This document shows positions 37,230 to 48,828 of a stretch of 64,000 nucleotides of DNA, piece by piece. A program made the position numbers and the translations under genes. Every line of letters starts with the position of its first letter. Position 1 is the stretch's first letter. The stretch is taken from assembly GCA_035221665.1 (NCBI GenBank), contig CM069161.1, positions 5,022,001 to 5,086,000 of the forward strand. The letters run 5' to 3'. This DNA is from Okamejei kenojei (lineage: Eukaryota). The notes under the pieces were generated by a model. That model was not told the DNA's origin, ran no database searches, and was given only the letters and a program-made list of their open reading frames with translations.

Positions 37230-37935
37230 GGGGCGACACAGCGATACAGTGTTTGCAGCATCGGAAACCCGGGTTCGATCCCAACTATGGGTGCTGTCTG
37301 TAAGGAGTTTTTATGTTCTCCCCGTGACCGCGTGGGTTTAATCTGGGATCTTCGGTTTCCTCCCACACTTGCAGGAGACTGGACATGTTGTGAGAGGAGC
37401 AGGCAAAGCAGACAGCATTTTGAACTTTATAAATAAAATAATGAGTACCGAAGCAAGGAAATTATGCTGAACCTTGATAAACCTCAGGACCACATCAAGT
37501 GTTCACTATGGTGAAGGACCTAGAGAGGATGTGGAGAAGATTTTCAGGATGTTTTCAGGGCTCAGGATTAGAGCTGATATTGTTCTCATTTAGCAAAGGA
37601 TGTTGAGATTTGATGGAGGATTATACTATTGGAGTGGAAGAAAACAAAAGGGTTCTCATTAGCCGGAGATGCATTGACATGGGGGACATGGATTTAAGTT
37701 TTTGGAGAAGAAATCCTGGAGTGAGGAAGACTTTCTCGCGCAACAACTGAAACATTGCTAATGAGCATGGTGGATCCAGAGTTAATCAATGATTTCAAAA
37801 TTACATGGAATAGACACTTGAGAGCAAAGGACCTGCAGAGTATGTGGATAGAATGGAGGTAGGACATTGGCCGGATTGCTTTACAGAGAGCCAGCAAGGA
37901 CTCTGAACTGAATGACCTCTTGCGCAGTTATGACA
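37230..37935 (+). mobile_element. Partial HE1 SINE (37230-37369) followed by very old CR1 fragment
   Basis: B box gggttcgatcc and V-domain, then decayed CR1 (gagtaccgaagcaaggaaattatgctgaacctt). Confidence 0.65.
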
Positions 37936-38087
37936 CTTCATTAGAAGCTGAAAGGGCGAGGTTATACACAGGACACAGAGGTTGGCCACAATTAAAACTT
38001 ACCATACTGTGAAATATTTACTTACAAATGCACAGGCTCCAAGCTTTTCTGGCATGCCGACTGTGTAAGATCTCAGCTTCGGACTCT

Positions 38088-41022
38088 TTATGTAGGCCGT
38101 TTTACCTGCCTCGGGAGTTTACTGTGGTTATCATCATGGCCATATACATCCCACCACAGGCCAATGCTAACCTAGCGCTAGCACAGCTGCACTTGGCCAT
38201 CAGCAAGCAGCAGGATGCTCACCCCGACCGTGCCTTCATTGTTGCGGGGTCTTTAATCAGGTCGACCTACGAGCTGCACTCCGCAAATTCCACCAGCATG
38301 TGCAGTGCCCATACCAGGGGCTCAAGCACGCTGGATAAAGTGTACACCAACATCAAGGACACATACAGAGCCCTCCCCTGCCCATCCCTGGGACAATCCG
38401 ATCACCTGTTTCTACTGCCTGCATACAAACCCCTCAACAAGACCAAACCTGCAATAACACGGTCACTGCCATTACAACTCCAGACTGCTTTGATCGCACC
38501 GACTGGGACCTGTTTGCACAACAGGCTACCAGTGGTACAGAGGTAGACTTGGAGGAGTACACATCCACTGTGCTCTCCTACATCAACTGCTGTGTGGAGT
38601 TTGTCACAGTGAACAAGGAAATAAAGATGTTCCCAAACCGTAAACCGTGGATGAACAAGGAGGTTCAGAATCTGCTAGGGGCACGCAACATTGCCTTTAA
38701 ATCCAGGGACACTTCTGCCTACAGTGCTGCCAGGTCAAACCTGAACAAAGGCATAAAAAAGGCCAAAGACATCCACAGGCAAAGGGTGGAAGACCACTTC
38801 AACACCGCGGACACCAGCAGCATGTGGCAGGGTGTCAGGGACATCAATGACTACACGAGCAGCCCTGCCGCCCCCCACAGTGATATCACACTGGCCAATT
38901 AATTAAACACCTTCTTTGCCCGCTTCAAAACTGGCAGCACCACCAGGAGAGGAACAACCCCGGCCAGGGCGGAGGGACAGGCCTTAACACTGAGCACCCA
39001 GGAGGTACAGTGCGCTCTGCGTAGGATCAATCCACGCAAGGCTGCAGGCCCGGATGGAGTCCAGGGTATGGTACTAAAGGACTGTGCTGTACAGCTGGCG
39101 GAGGTATTTACGAGGATCTTCAACCTGTCTCTATCTCTGGCAACGGTCCCCAAGTGCCTGGAGACAGCTACCATAGTGCCGGTGCCGAAGAAGTCTAAAG
39201 TCACCAACCTGAATGACTACCGCCCGGTTGCCCTAACTCCAATACCAATGAAGTGCTTTGAAAGGCTGGTCCTCTCCCACATCAAATCCAGCATCCCTGC
39301 ATCATTGGACTCTCATCAACTTGCATACAGGGCAAATAGATCCACAGAGGATGCCATCTCTGTGGCTCTTCACACTGTCCTGACCCACCTGGAAAGGCAG
39401 GGCACCTACGTGAGGATGCTCTTCATTGACTACAGCTCTGCCTTCAATACGGTCATCCCACCAAGCTCACCACCAAACTCCACCAGCTAGGCCTCAGCTC
39501 ACTGATATGCGATTGGATCCTGAACTTTCTGACGGAGCGACCGCAGGCAGTGAGACTGGGGCCGCACCTGCCCTCCACTATCACCCTGAGCACCGGCACA
39601 CCACAGGGCTGTGTACTGAGCCCCATGCCCTACTCCCTCTTCACCCACGACTGTGTCCCTGCATTTGACAACAACACCATTGTCAAGTTTGCAGACAACA
39701 CAACGGTGATTGGGCTGATCACCAACGGTGATGAAACAAACTATAGAGCGGAGGTGCAGAACCTGGCGGACTGGTGCTCACGGAACAACTTGTCGCTAAA
39801 CACCTCTAAGACCAATGAGCTGATTATCGACTTCAGGAGGTATCAGAATGGGGAATACGCCCCAATCTCCATCTACGGAGACAGTGTGGAGAGAGTGTCC
39901 AGCTTCAAGTTTCTGGGCACTCGCATCTCAGAGGACCTCACATGGTCCACCAACACCGCTGCGCTGGTTCTTGGTTACTTGGTCCTCCAAAATATTCCAA
40001 CTGGAATTTAAACTGGAGGTGGTGAAGGGAGGGGTTTAGCCAGAGAGGGTTATTGGGAAGAAAGTGCCACTTTAAATTTAGTTGCATCTGGCTGGGCAAC
40101 CGTGGTTTGGTGGAGATTATTCCGTGCTTTAATAGTGCGTGGGGAGAACGAATTGCTGAACACATCTGTCTTTGTGGCTGGGACCACAAATTGGATCGAA
40201 TGCCCTCGTCTGCTCCTAATTGGTTTGGGGTTGGTGTAGGTCTTGTGATCTATGTCTAGCTGACCATTTAACATTTTGTAAAAACAGGTCAAACGGTGAG
40301 CTTCACGTCTGTCTTGGAGAGGGTTCCACCCCAGAGAATTCAGAAGTTTGGTGACACTCGCTTCTCTCTCGTAGGTGTTAGTAACAAATCTCAAAATAAG
40401 TCAAAAAGGCACAGCAACGACTGTTCTTCCTAAGAGCATTGAAACGGACAGGTCTGCCCCAACAGCTGCTGATGACCTTCTACCGCTGCACCACAGAGAG
40501 CATGCTAACGTATGGCATCTCTGTGTGGTATCTCAGCTGCACGGAGGCGGAGAGGAGAGCTCTTCAGTGCGTCGTCCACAGAACGCAAAAGGTTATTGGG
40601 ACACCGCTACCAGCCTTGGAGGGCATCTACCACACACGGTGCCTCAGGAAGGCCGTCAGCATACATAAAGACTCCTCTTACCCTTGTAATGGGCTGTCCG
40701 AACTACTCCCTTCCGGCAGACGTTACAAGGCCTTCTACGCCCGCACCTCCAGACTCGGAAACAGCTTCATTCCCAGAGCTATAGCGGCTCTGAACCGGCC
40801 CTGCTGAGTGCCCCCCCCCATGGACTGTCTCCCCCGGCCTCGCATTTTAGTCTGTGTTGATTTTACTGGTCTAATGTTCGTTTTTACAAACCTTGTTCTC
40901 GGGGTATTTAAATTTAAACCTAAATTTTATTTGTCCATTAAGTCATGACATCGGATGAAAGTTGCAAACCAAATCTCGTTGCATTTATGTGTAATGACAA
41001 TAAAATATATTATTATTATTAT
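38088..41022 (+). mobile_element. Rex1/Babar non-LTR retrotransposon, 5'-truncated, APE remnant + RT, frameshifted
   Basis: CRPFYLPREFT..IYIPPQAN..FIVAG..LGQSDH (endonuclease); [47 protein letters not shown] (RT); LLPSGRRY..RTSRLGNSFIPRAI; tail aatgacaataaa(att)n. Confidence 0.96.
39969..40399 (-). mobile_element. Nested CR1-group (Crack/Daphne-like) LINE 3' fragment
   Basis: ORF 40050-40394: RFVTNTYEREASVTKLLNSLGWNPLQDRREAHRLTCFYKMLNG...SRRGHSIQF...NSFSPRTIKARNNL, with tail accaagtaaccaagaa. It splits the Rex1 frame at NTAALV|KKAQQRL. Confidence 0.85.
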
Positions 41023-41229
41023 TTATGCATTGAATGTCTAAAGATACAGGTGTAATAAAGCTTGTGCATTAGGATGGTAAAATGGACAGCAGCTAGAGAG
41101 TTCGAGGCTACCAATTACCTCATCATTATTCCAATATGAAGGTCGCTATATTTAACAGTGTATTTCGAGGAGTAAAATGGCTTTTAGCCATTAGTCCCTG
41201 AATCTTACAAATGTCACAATTCCCTGAAA

Positions 41230-41830
41230 ACAAAAATGGAGTCATTCCCTTTGACTGTCTGGTAATCTCTTCCTACGGATCTGGTGCCAGGCTTGTGATC
41301 GAATGTTCAATGTCGCTGATGGGAACCTCGGGAGTATTGACGTTGTCCTGGAAGGGGAGTCTATTTAGTTTAGTTTAGAGATACAGCATGAAAACAGGCC
41401 CTTCGGCCCACTGAGTCTGTGCCGACCAGTGATCTCCACAGACTAGCACTATCCTACACACACTAGGGACAATTTACAATTGTACCAAACCAATTAACCT
41501 ACAAATCTGCACGTCTTTAGAGCGTAGGAGGAAACCCACGCTAGTCACGGGGAAAAGCTACAATCCCCATACAGACAGCACCTGCAGTCAGGTTTGAACC
41601 TGGGTCTCTGACGCTGCAAGGCAGCAACTCCACCACTGCGTCACTGTGCCACCCTGTTGTTGAGCACGTGTCCTTCCAGCGTATTGGGAGGATGTTGCAG
41701 AGACCGCCTTAGTGTTGTTTTCTCCAGTCCCTTGAGATGACTACCGAGGCAGTAGCAGTTTAGGTGGGGCATGACGACTGGATTTGCAGTGGAATTCCTT
41801 ATCAGAATTAGTAGCTTGTGGACGAAGGGT
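41230..41830 (-). mobile_element. Very old RTE-like LINE fragment, interrupted by an HE1 SINE
   Basis: Minus strand HLKGLEK...(frameshift) SLCNILPIRWKDTCS resembles the RTE motif HLRKLE.FH.RCLR.IL.I.W.D...N. Confidence 0.5.
41384..41653 (-). mobile_element. HE1 V-SINE
   Basis: Reverse of gggtggcacagtgacgcagtggtggagttgctgcc...ggttcaaacc...ctctaaactaaactaaa. Confidence 0.92.
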
Positions 41831-41861
41831 CAACAACAACAATAGGTTTAGGCTGTGGGCC

Positions 41862-41912
41862 GGGGTGGGAGATTGCGACTTTCGTGTGGTCCGCCCTCTT
41901 TCAACCAATGCA
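41862..41912 (+). ncRNA. HDV/CPEB3-like ribozyme fold (degenerate copy)
   Basis: P1 GGGGTGG/CCGCCCT; P2 GATTGCG/TGCA (truncated by a ~12-bp deletion); P3 ACT/GGT; L3 TTCGTGT; C retained at the catalytic position (41905). Confidence 0.65.
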
Positions 41913-41988
41913 TGCACAATCTAATAAGATCAATTAGAACAAGCTGTCCTACAACCTTAGGCTGTGCACGCCAAACGCAAGAAGAAGA
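41862..41988 (+). mobile_element. Short non-autonomous retroposon with HDV-like ribozyme head and (AAG)n tail, copy B
   Basis: 12-bp TSD AGGCTGTGGGCC (41850-41861, 41989-42000). Starts GGGGTGGGAGATTGCG, ends GCCAAACGCAAGAAGAAGA. Homologous to 10557-10694. Confidence 0.88.
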
Positions 41989-44214
41989 AGGCTGTGGGCC
42001 GAGTATCGAAAATGTGTCTAGAATTTAACTTTCGTGACCCATGTCTGGGAACTACTTGAAAATTTGCACAGATTTAGATAAAGTATAATTCAGAAGGAAG
42101 TCATAAGTCATCAGTGCCAAAAGTTGCACATTAATTAATTAAACATTAGAAAATGAGATAGAAAAAGTAAGAGCCATCTAGTGTTCAATGCTCATATTAC
42201 TCCATGGGGAGCCTAATTCCATGCTGTTGTCTATTTAAACCATATATTAACATACCATATTAATATACCATATATATATATAACTTGTGAATATGACAAA
42301 TTATACAAATTATAAAAATAATATAATGAATATAATTGTGAGTGTGTATTTTGAATGAGACTGCCACAGAGGTCCGGCTCCTGAACCAGCCTAATTAATG
42401 GGTGAGGGCAGGTCCTGTGTGTTCCCCCGTTTACTGAACCCCACTGACTGCCAGTGTGCTGAGTGGGGGTCACGGCAGTAGGGGGACTGGGGCAATGGCA
42501 GGCTGGGGGGAAACTAAGGCATCTTCCACTGCGAGGAAAAAAACCTAACCCTAACTTGCCCCCCCCCCTTCCAGAGGCTGGGGCTGGAGCCGCTTTGGGA
42601 CCGACTGCGGGTTCCGTAAGTGTGGCCGCTCAGTGTGTCCACCTCGGCCAGCATTCCCTTCTGGATCATCATGGTGATGATGGTGGGGAGCAGCACTACC
42701 CTGCACGCCGTCCGCAATTCAATTGTAAAACAAAATGATCAGCAAGGTTAGCATTACCTTTATTCCTTCGAAGCTTTGCTATTGTTTTGATGTAATTAGG
42801 AGGCATCCTAGATCCCAATGTGCTCGCTGCCTAGCTACCATGAAACAAAGCGCATGATTGGTCAATTGGCGTCCGACGCAATTTCAAATGTGCATTGATT
42901 GGACAATTACTACTCGGAAAATTTGAGGTTTTTCTCATATTTTAAAAATATGTGCAGGTTTTGGTCTTGACGAGTTTCAGGTATGATTTCTATAATATTT
43001 TTACACAATATGTTAAAAATTCAGGTAGTTACGTGATTTGGGTCAGGAACTTAAACGAAAAAGCACTTCGGCCCACAGCCTCGGGAGGTTCCTAAGATAT
43101 ACAACGGGCAATTCATTTAATTCTAGCATCCGAGGTTCCAAAGTAATTAGATCAGCATCAAAGAACCAGTGCTGTTAACTTGTCAATCACAAATGGTGTA
43201 GGAATACGTGACGCCACCTTCTACAAGGACTCCTGCACCACACACATTCACATACCCTGCTGTGTAATGACTTTGTAATCTGCAACAGTCCTAACATACG
43301 AGTCTGAATGTCATTGCAAAGTTTCTCTGGTAACTTTGCACATATTAAGATGGAACACGTGCAGAGAGAGGGGAGTCCTGACCTGAAATGTCACCCATGC
43401 TTTTTTTCCAGAGATGCTACCTGACCCGCTGAGTTGCTCCAGCACTTTGTGTCTATCTTCGAGATTAGTTCAACCTGGTATCGTCTTCAGCACGGACATT
43501 GTAGGCTGTAGGGTCTGGTCCTGTGCTGTACTGTGTGCTATGTTCTATTAGTCTGTCATACGTACCTGGATGTCTGAGGCAGGAAATTAATTCTGTGCTG
43601 TGAGGACAAGCCATTTCCCTTTCCTTGTACACAGTTGTGAGTGCTCTACACATTTACGAGCGTTACAATTCCTGCACATTTGTTGGATCCTTCTGATTCA
43701 GAGATGGAAGTTCTACCATAGAGTCCGGGCTGATAATCTAGCCATATCATCACACAGATGATTAAACTGTTAACTTATTTTTCGTTATGTAGTTTGTAGT
43801 GGAGTAAACTGTTTACTGCCTGCAAGTGAAGTATATGAAGGAGAAATAATCACTTTAGTAATGGTGCCTGTGGACAGGGCTTTCATAAAGTGTAGAGAAT
43901 CGTAGCACTTGGATGGAGAGAGATGGAACTCTGTTCAATTCAAAATGCTAGCTTAAACCTACACTCTACATTATCCATAAAATGTATTGATGGCTTTGTT
44001 GAAAAAAGGCATGTTTTCTCTTTAATGAGAATGGTATTGCAACAACATAACGTTTCTGCTTGGGTAGATCAACTGGACACCAGACTGCTTCAGTTGCACT
44101 AGTCAACTATCATTTGCATTGTGTTTAATCCCAAGTTAAAAACGGCCATGAGTTACTTTTGATTTTAGATTAATTAGCAGTGACCAGAATGCCGTTGCGA
44201 GTCTGAGGGCACTA

Positions 44215-44295
44215 ATCACGACCATGAAGGCGCCTCCCCGACAACCGCCCGCGAACATATAGTCTCTTGTCGTCGCCTAAGTGGGACAGGCGCAT
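44215..44295. mobile_element. One-ended fragment of a Harbinger-like MITE
   Basis: Ends ...cctaagtgggacaggcgca-tta, resembling the GTGGGACAGGGCT terminus at 51494-51506. No left TIR found. Confidence 0.5.
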
Positions 44296-44359
44296 TAGGT
44301 TTGAAAACATTTTAGAAATCAACAAAGGAGAATCCAGAAAGGAGAATGAGAGAATAAAC

Positions 44360-45950
44360 TTAGGAGAGACAAAAGATCCAGATATATGTTTTAAAAGGAA
44401 AAAGATTAGCAAAAGTTAATGTTGGCCTTCCATTTAGAAAAAGGAGACCTTACATTGGGGAATAAGGAAACAGTAGAAAAGATAAGAACATATTTTGTTC
44501 TTAAAAAATAAAACATAAAGAACATCCTGGAAACAATGAGTAATAAGAGGTTTTAATTTAGTTTAGCTTTTTAGTTTAGAGATACAGCACGGAAATAGAC
44601 CCTTTGGCCCACCCAGTTCCCACAGGCCAGTGATCCCTGCACATTAACACTACCTACACACACTAGGGACAATTTACATTTATACCAAGCCAATTAATCT
44701 ACAAACTTCTGCGTTTTTGGACTGTATTCCGAGGGTTTTAAAGCGATGGCAATGGAGGTAGTGGATGAACTAAATTGTCACCTACCCAAGTTTCATAAAT
44801 TCCAGACAGATTGCAAAATAACAACTAGTGACCCCACTATTTGAAACAGGATAAAGATGAAAAAAAATAGGGAGCTAGTTACCATTAAATCTCACTCCGA
44901 AGAAGTGAAAATGATTGAAATATTTTTTAAATGTTTACAGGTCATTTGCAAAATAATGGGATTGGGAAAATTCAACGTGGACTAATGTAAAGGAGATCAG
45001 CTGTGACATATATTAGACATTTTGGAGGCGGTTACCAGAATAAAGAAAAGTGAACCCATGGATATGTTATATTGGACATTAAGGCTCTTGATATTCTGTG
45101 TTATGTAAAGAGATAATTAGACAAAATTATAGCATAGGTTTAATGGTGAAACACTAGCATGGATTATGGAGACACAAGAGACTGCAGTTGCTGGAATCTT
45201 GAGCAAGTAACAAACTACTGCAGGAACTCAGCAGGTAAGGCAACGTAATGGACAGACGACATTTCAAGTCCTGACTATGTCCCTCCACAGAATCGGCCTG
45301 GCCTGCTGAGTTCCTCCAGGGGCATGGGTTTGCTTATGGCAGTAAACAGAGAATATAATCTTATTGAGTTGCTTTCTTTGGGACGGATGAGGCTGAAGAT
45401 TGATTTAATTGAGGTTCATAAGATTATGAGGGACTGAGATAAAGTGAAAAGGACACATTTCCCTTGTCCCTAAAAACTGGAGCAAGTTTAAAGTAATTGG
45501 TAAAGGATTCAAAGGAAAATTAAAAAATATATATGTAGGGGCTTGTTGGGGTTTGAAACTCAATGAAAAGTAGGTAGAATAGAGCTAAGGAGGAAATTAT
45601 TTAGCCAGAGGGTGTTGAATCGGTAAAATCCATTGTCTTCGATGACTGTGGAGGCAAAGACATTGGGTATTTTTAAAGAGGAGGTTGATAAGTTTGATTA
45701 GGAAGGGTATCGAAGGTTACAGGGAGAAGTTAGGAGAATGGGGTTGAGGGGGAAAAATAGATCAGCCATGATTGACTGCAGAGGAGACTTGATGGGCTGA
45801 ATGGCCTGATTCAGCTCCTATGTCTTATGGTCTTATAGACGCAGAACCTTCCATTTGTGTTATGAATTTGAAGAGATCTGCTGGGAGATGGGATTAGGCT
45901 GCGTAGCACTCTTTCAAATGGCATAGATATAATGGGCTGAGTCAGTTGTC
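44360..45950 (+). mobile_element. Highly decayed CR1 ORF2 with nested HE1 fragment (44563-44723, minus), pLTR fragment and CR1 tail
   Basis: gtgaccccactatttgaaacagg (VTPLF), cccatggatatgttatattggacatt, aggctgaagattgatttaattgaggttcataagattatg. Confidence 0.65.
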
Positions 45951-46402
45951 TCCAAAATTAATAAGTGTTTATATTTCTGTGACACTGTGAAATACTACTC
46001 GTGTATATCAGTGTACAAGGCTATGCAGCAGAGGAAAATCTGGCAGATTTTAACACAACCTCCAGCATTCTGGCACAACCAACTGCAAAACGTAGTGTGT
46101 GAAATATACAATAATGGTCATTTGGTATAATTGTGTGATTAACATCTTGGAGAACATGCGAGTTGATTTGTAAAGCAACATTGAAAAGTGGAAGTGATGA
46201 GTTGAAGACATTGTATTCGAACTCTTACCTTTACATGCCAAGCCACGTTATCCAGCAGGGTCAAAACGGGATCATGTGGAAGTCAGTTTTTATAACCAGC
46301 TCTTATGTGGCCATATTGATTCATCTACTCTCCCATATAAAATGGTTCTGCAGGATTGTTGAGGGCTTTGTCATTATGGATGTGGATTTAAAGAGCACTT
46401 TA

Positions 46403-46805
46403 GCAGGAACTTCCATTTACATAATACTTCATATCCTCAGGATGTCCCAAGTGTTTCATGGCCAATTAATTAACTGTGAAGTGTGGTTGTGTCGGCAAGT
46501 GCCAATTTGCTCCTTCGCAATTGCATTCTTCCTGAGAATGTCGGCACACAGCAAAGTCACACAAACAGCTTGAGAGGTGAGTCCTGAGCAGGACTCTGGG
46601 AGAACCTGCTGCATGCCTTCAATTATGTACCATAGTGTTTTTTACATCCAACTGAGCAGGCAATTGATCCTCAATTTAATGCCCCAGCAGCTGCTCCAGC
46701 AATGCGTCGCTCCCTCTCCACTGAAATACCAGATGCTCAAATCCTGGAGTGTGACTAGAATCTACAGCCTCTGACTCAGGGTTGAGGTTGCCAAGTTGGC
46801 CACAA
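46403..46805 (-). mobile_element. Ancient DeuSINE (SacSINE1/AmnSINE1-like)
   Basis: aacttccatttacataat...gcacacagcaaagtcacacaaacagc...caggactctgggagaac...ttttacatccaactgag...gctcaaatcctggagtgtgactagaatc...ctctgactcag (tRNA-like head on the minus strand). Confidence 0.72.
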
Positions 46806-47085
46806 CACAACTGCAAAATTCAGAAAATTACTCATCTTATTTTACGGCACATCTGCTGTGGCACTGACTAAATGTAACGTGACACTGTGCAGAAGAATGA
46901 TTCTGTGCAGTATACGAGCTCCAGTAGTGTGTGGTTTCCACTGCAAGTTGCAAGGTTGCAATGGTACCTCTGGGTACCTCTGTAGGGTATCTCTGTTTGA
47001 AACGAACTTGCATGGTGCCAACATAACTAAACAGATGTTACCTGTGAAATTCTTTTTTACTGTACAACAATCTTTGGATGAGCAA

Positions 47086-47716
47086 GTCAATTCTTCCCTT
47101 CCCTCCCGCACTACCCCCTCCCCGGGCACTTTCCCTTGCAACCGCAAGAGATGCTACACTTGTCCCTTCACCTCCCCCCTCGACTCCATTCAAGGACCCA
47201 AGCAGTTGTTCCAGGTGCGACAGAGGTTCACCTGCATCTCCTCCAACCTCATCGATTGCATCTGTTGCTCTAGATGTCAGCTGATCTACATCGGTGAGAC
47301 CAAGCGGAGGCTTGGCGATCGTTTCGCCGAACACCTCCGCTCGGTCCGCAATAACCAACCCGACCTCCCCGTGGCTCAGCACTTCAACACCCCCACCCAT
47401 TCCGTATCCGACCTCTCTGTCCTGGGCCTCCTCCACGGCCAGAGTGAGCAACAGCGGAAATTGGAGGAACAGCACCTCCGCTTGGGCAGTCTGCATCCCG
47501 GTGACCTGAACATTGAATTCTCCCAATTCCGTTAGGTCTTGCTATCTCCTCCCCTTCCTAGCTCTCCCTCAGCCCTCTCCCTCAGCTTTTTCCTTTCTTC
47601 TCCCCGCCCCCCACCCTCCATAGGTCTGAAGAAGGGTTTCGGCCCGAAACGTTGCCTATTTCCTTCGCTCCATAGATGCTGCTGCACCCGCTGTGTTTCT
47701 CCAGCACTTTTGTCTA
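47086..47716 (+). mobile_element. Young 5'-truncated Penelope-like element (GIY-YIG + pLTR) with 14-bp TSD
   Basis: PGTFPCNRKRCYTCPF...FTCISSNLIDCICCSRCQLIYIGETKRRLGDRFAEHLRS...PVAQHFN...RKLEEQHL. TSD CTTTGGATGAGCAA (47072-47085, 47717-47730). Confidence 0.96.
47620..47659 (+). ncRNA. Minimal type I hammerhead ribozyme (Penelope-associated)
   Basis: ATAGGT-CTGAAGA-A-GGGT(TTCG)GCCC-GAAA-CG-TT^GCCTAT: 6-bp stem I, intact core, UUCG-capped stem II, palindromic ACGT in place of stem III. Confidence 0.85.
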
Positions 47717-48517
47717 CTTTGGATGAGCAATATTGTGCTTTTAGTACTATTTACAAAAGTGCCTCAAGCTCATTGGGCAGTTATTGGCCAGTACCATGCC
47801 AACATGGTGTCAAGGACCAGATTTAACCCATTTCACAAAATGTAAAATTAACCGATTTTCAATTGATTATTTGAAAGCATTTACAGCATCAGAGTGCTTC
47901 TGGGACTTACCATCGTGTATTGTGGTGAGGACATGGCTTGCATGCGTAACTATGTTGTGGAAACCAGTAACTGCAGATGCTGATTTATTAAGTGCTGGAG
48001 TAACTGAGCAGGTCAGGCAGCATCTCTGGAGAACATGGAAAGATGACGTTTTGAGCAGAACAAAATCTGGGAATTGAAAGGTGGACATGGGCGAGGGTAT
48101 GTTGCAATCCAACTCAGAATATCACAATGAGACATTTGTCGGAAATGCTTTCCTGGTTTGTTAATTTTAATTAAATAGTGAGCACATTGAAGTTGAGTTT
48201 TCTCTTTGACACCTGATTGAATCGTGGCTGTAGATTAATGGAGAAGATTGACTGAGAGTGACGGCATTGTATTTACAGAACACATAATTACAGAACATAA
48301 GCCAGCCACTGTTGATCGTGAAACCTTCCTTGACCATGTCCTTCACTTCACTACTCGTGTCATATTCAGCAAGTGAAGACAATGTGGTGAAAGGCAAGTT
48401 ATAGGGTCCTGGGTCAATTTTTTTAGCTTGGTCTTCAGACATCAATGTTGTATCCAGCAGAACACTCCAGCTAATGGACTACGCTCACTCTGGTCTTTTG
48501 TCTGTAATCTCCCATAA

Positions 48518-48828
48518 GGGCGGCACGGTGGCGCAGCGGTAGAGTTGCTGCCTTACAGCGCTTGCAGCGCCGTAGAACCGGGTTTGATCCCGACTACGGG
48601 TGCTGCTCGCACAGAGTTTGTACGTTCTCCCCGTGGCCTGCGTGAGTTTTCTCCGAGATCTTCGGTTTCCTCCCACACTCCAAAGACGTACAGGTATGAT
48701 GGTAAATTGGCTTGGTATAAGTGTAAATTGTCCTTAGTGTGTGTAGGGTAGTGTTAGTGTGTGAAGAGTCCGTATGGCCATGGTGGGCCGAAGGGCCTGT
48801 TTCCGCGCTGTATCTCTGAAACTAAAAC
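48518..48828 (+). mobile_element. HE1 V-SINE, full length
   Basis: GGGCGGCACGGTGGCGCAGCGGTAGAG A box, GGTTTGATCCC B box, V-domain, tail gggcctgtttccgcgctgtatctctgaaactaaa. Confidence 0.94.

Larger units (their letters stand above)
41850..43081. mobile_element. Unclassified non-autonomous DNA transposon with AGGCTGTGGGCCGA TIRs
   Basis: AGGCTGTGGGCCGA (41989-42002, first 12 bp duplicated at 41850-41861) and TCGGCCCACAGCCT (43068-43081). Subterminal similarity: tttaactttcgtgaccca..aactacttgaa vs revcomp tttaagttcctgaccca..aactacctgaa. Confidence 0.7.

Noticed and set aside
42544-42555. CCTAACCCTAAC as interstitial telomere
   Set aside because: Only two units, inside a putative transposon.
46858-47535. 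Longest ORF (225 aa) as a host gene or domesticated nuclease
   Set aside because: The N-terminal part is chance read-through of flanking DNA into a TSD-bounded, 5'-truncated Penelope GIY-YIG fragment.
48518-48600. tRNA genes at SINE heads
   Set aside because: The A/B boxes continue directly into the V-domain and LINE-like tail; these are tRNA-derived SINE heads, not tRNA genes.
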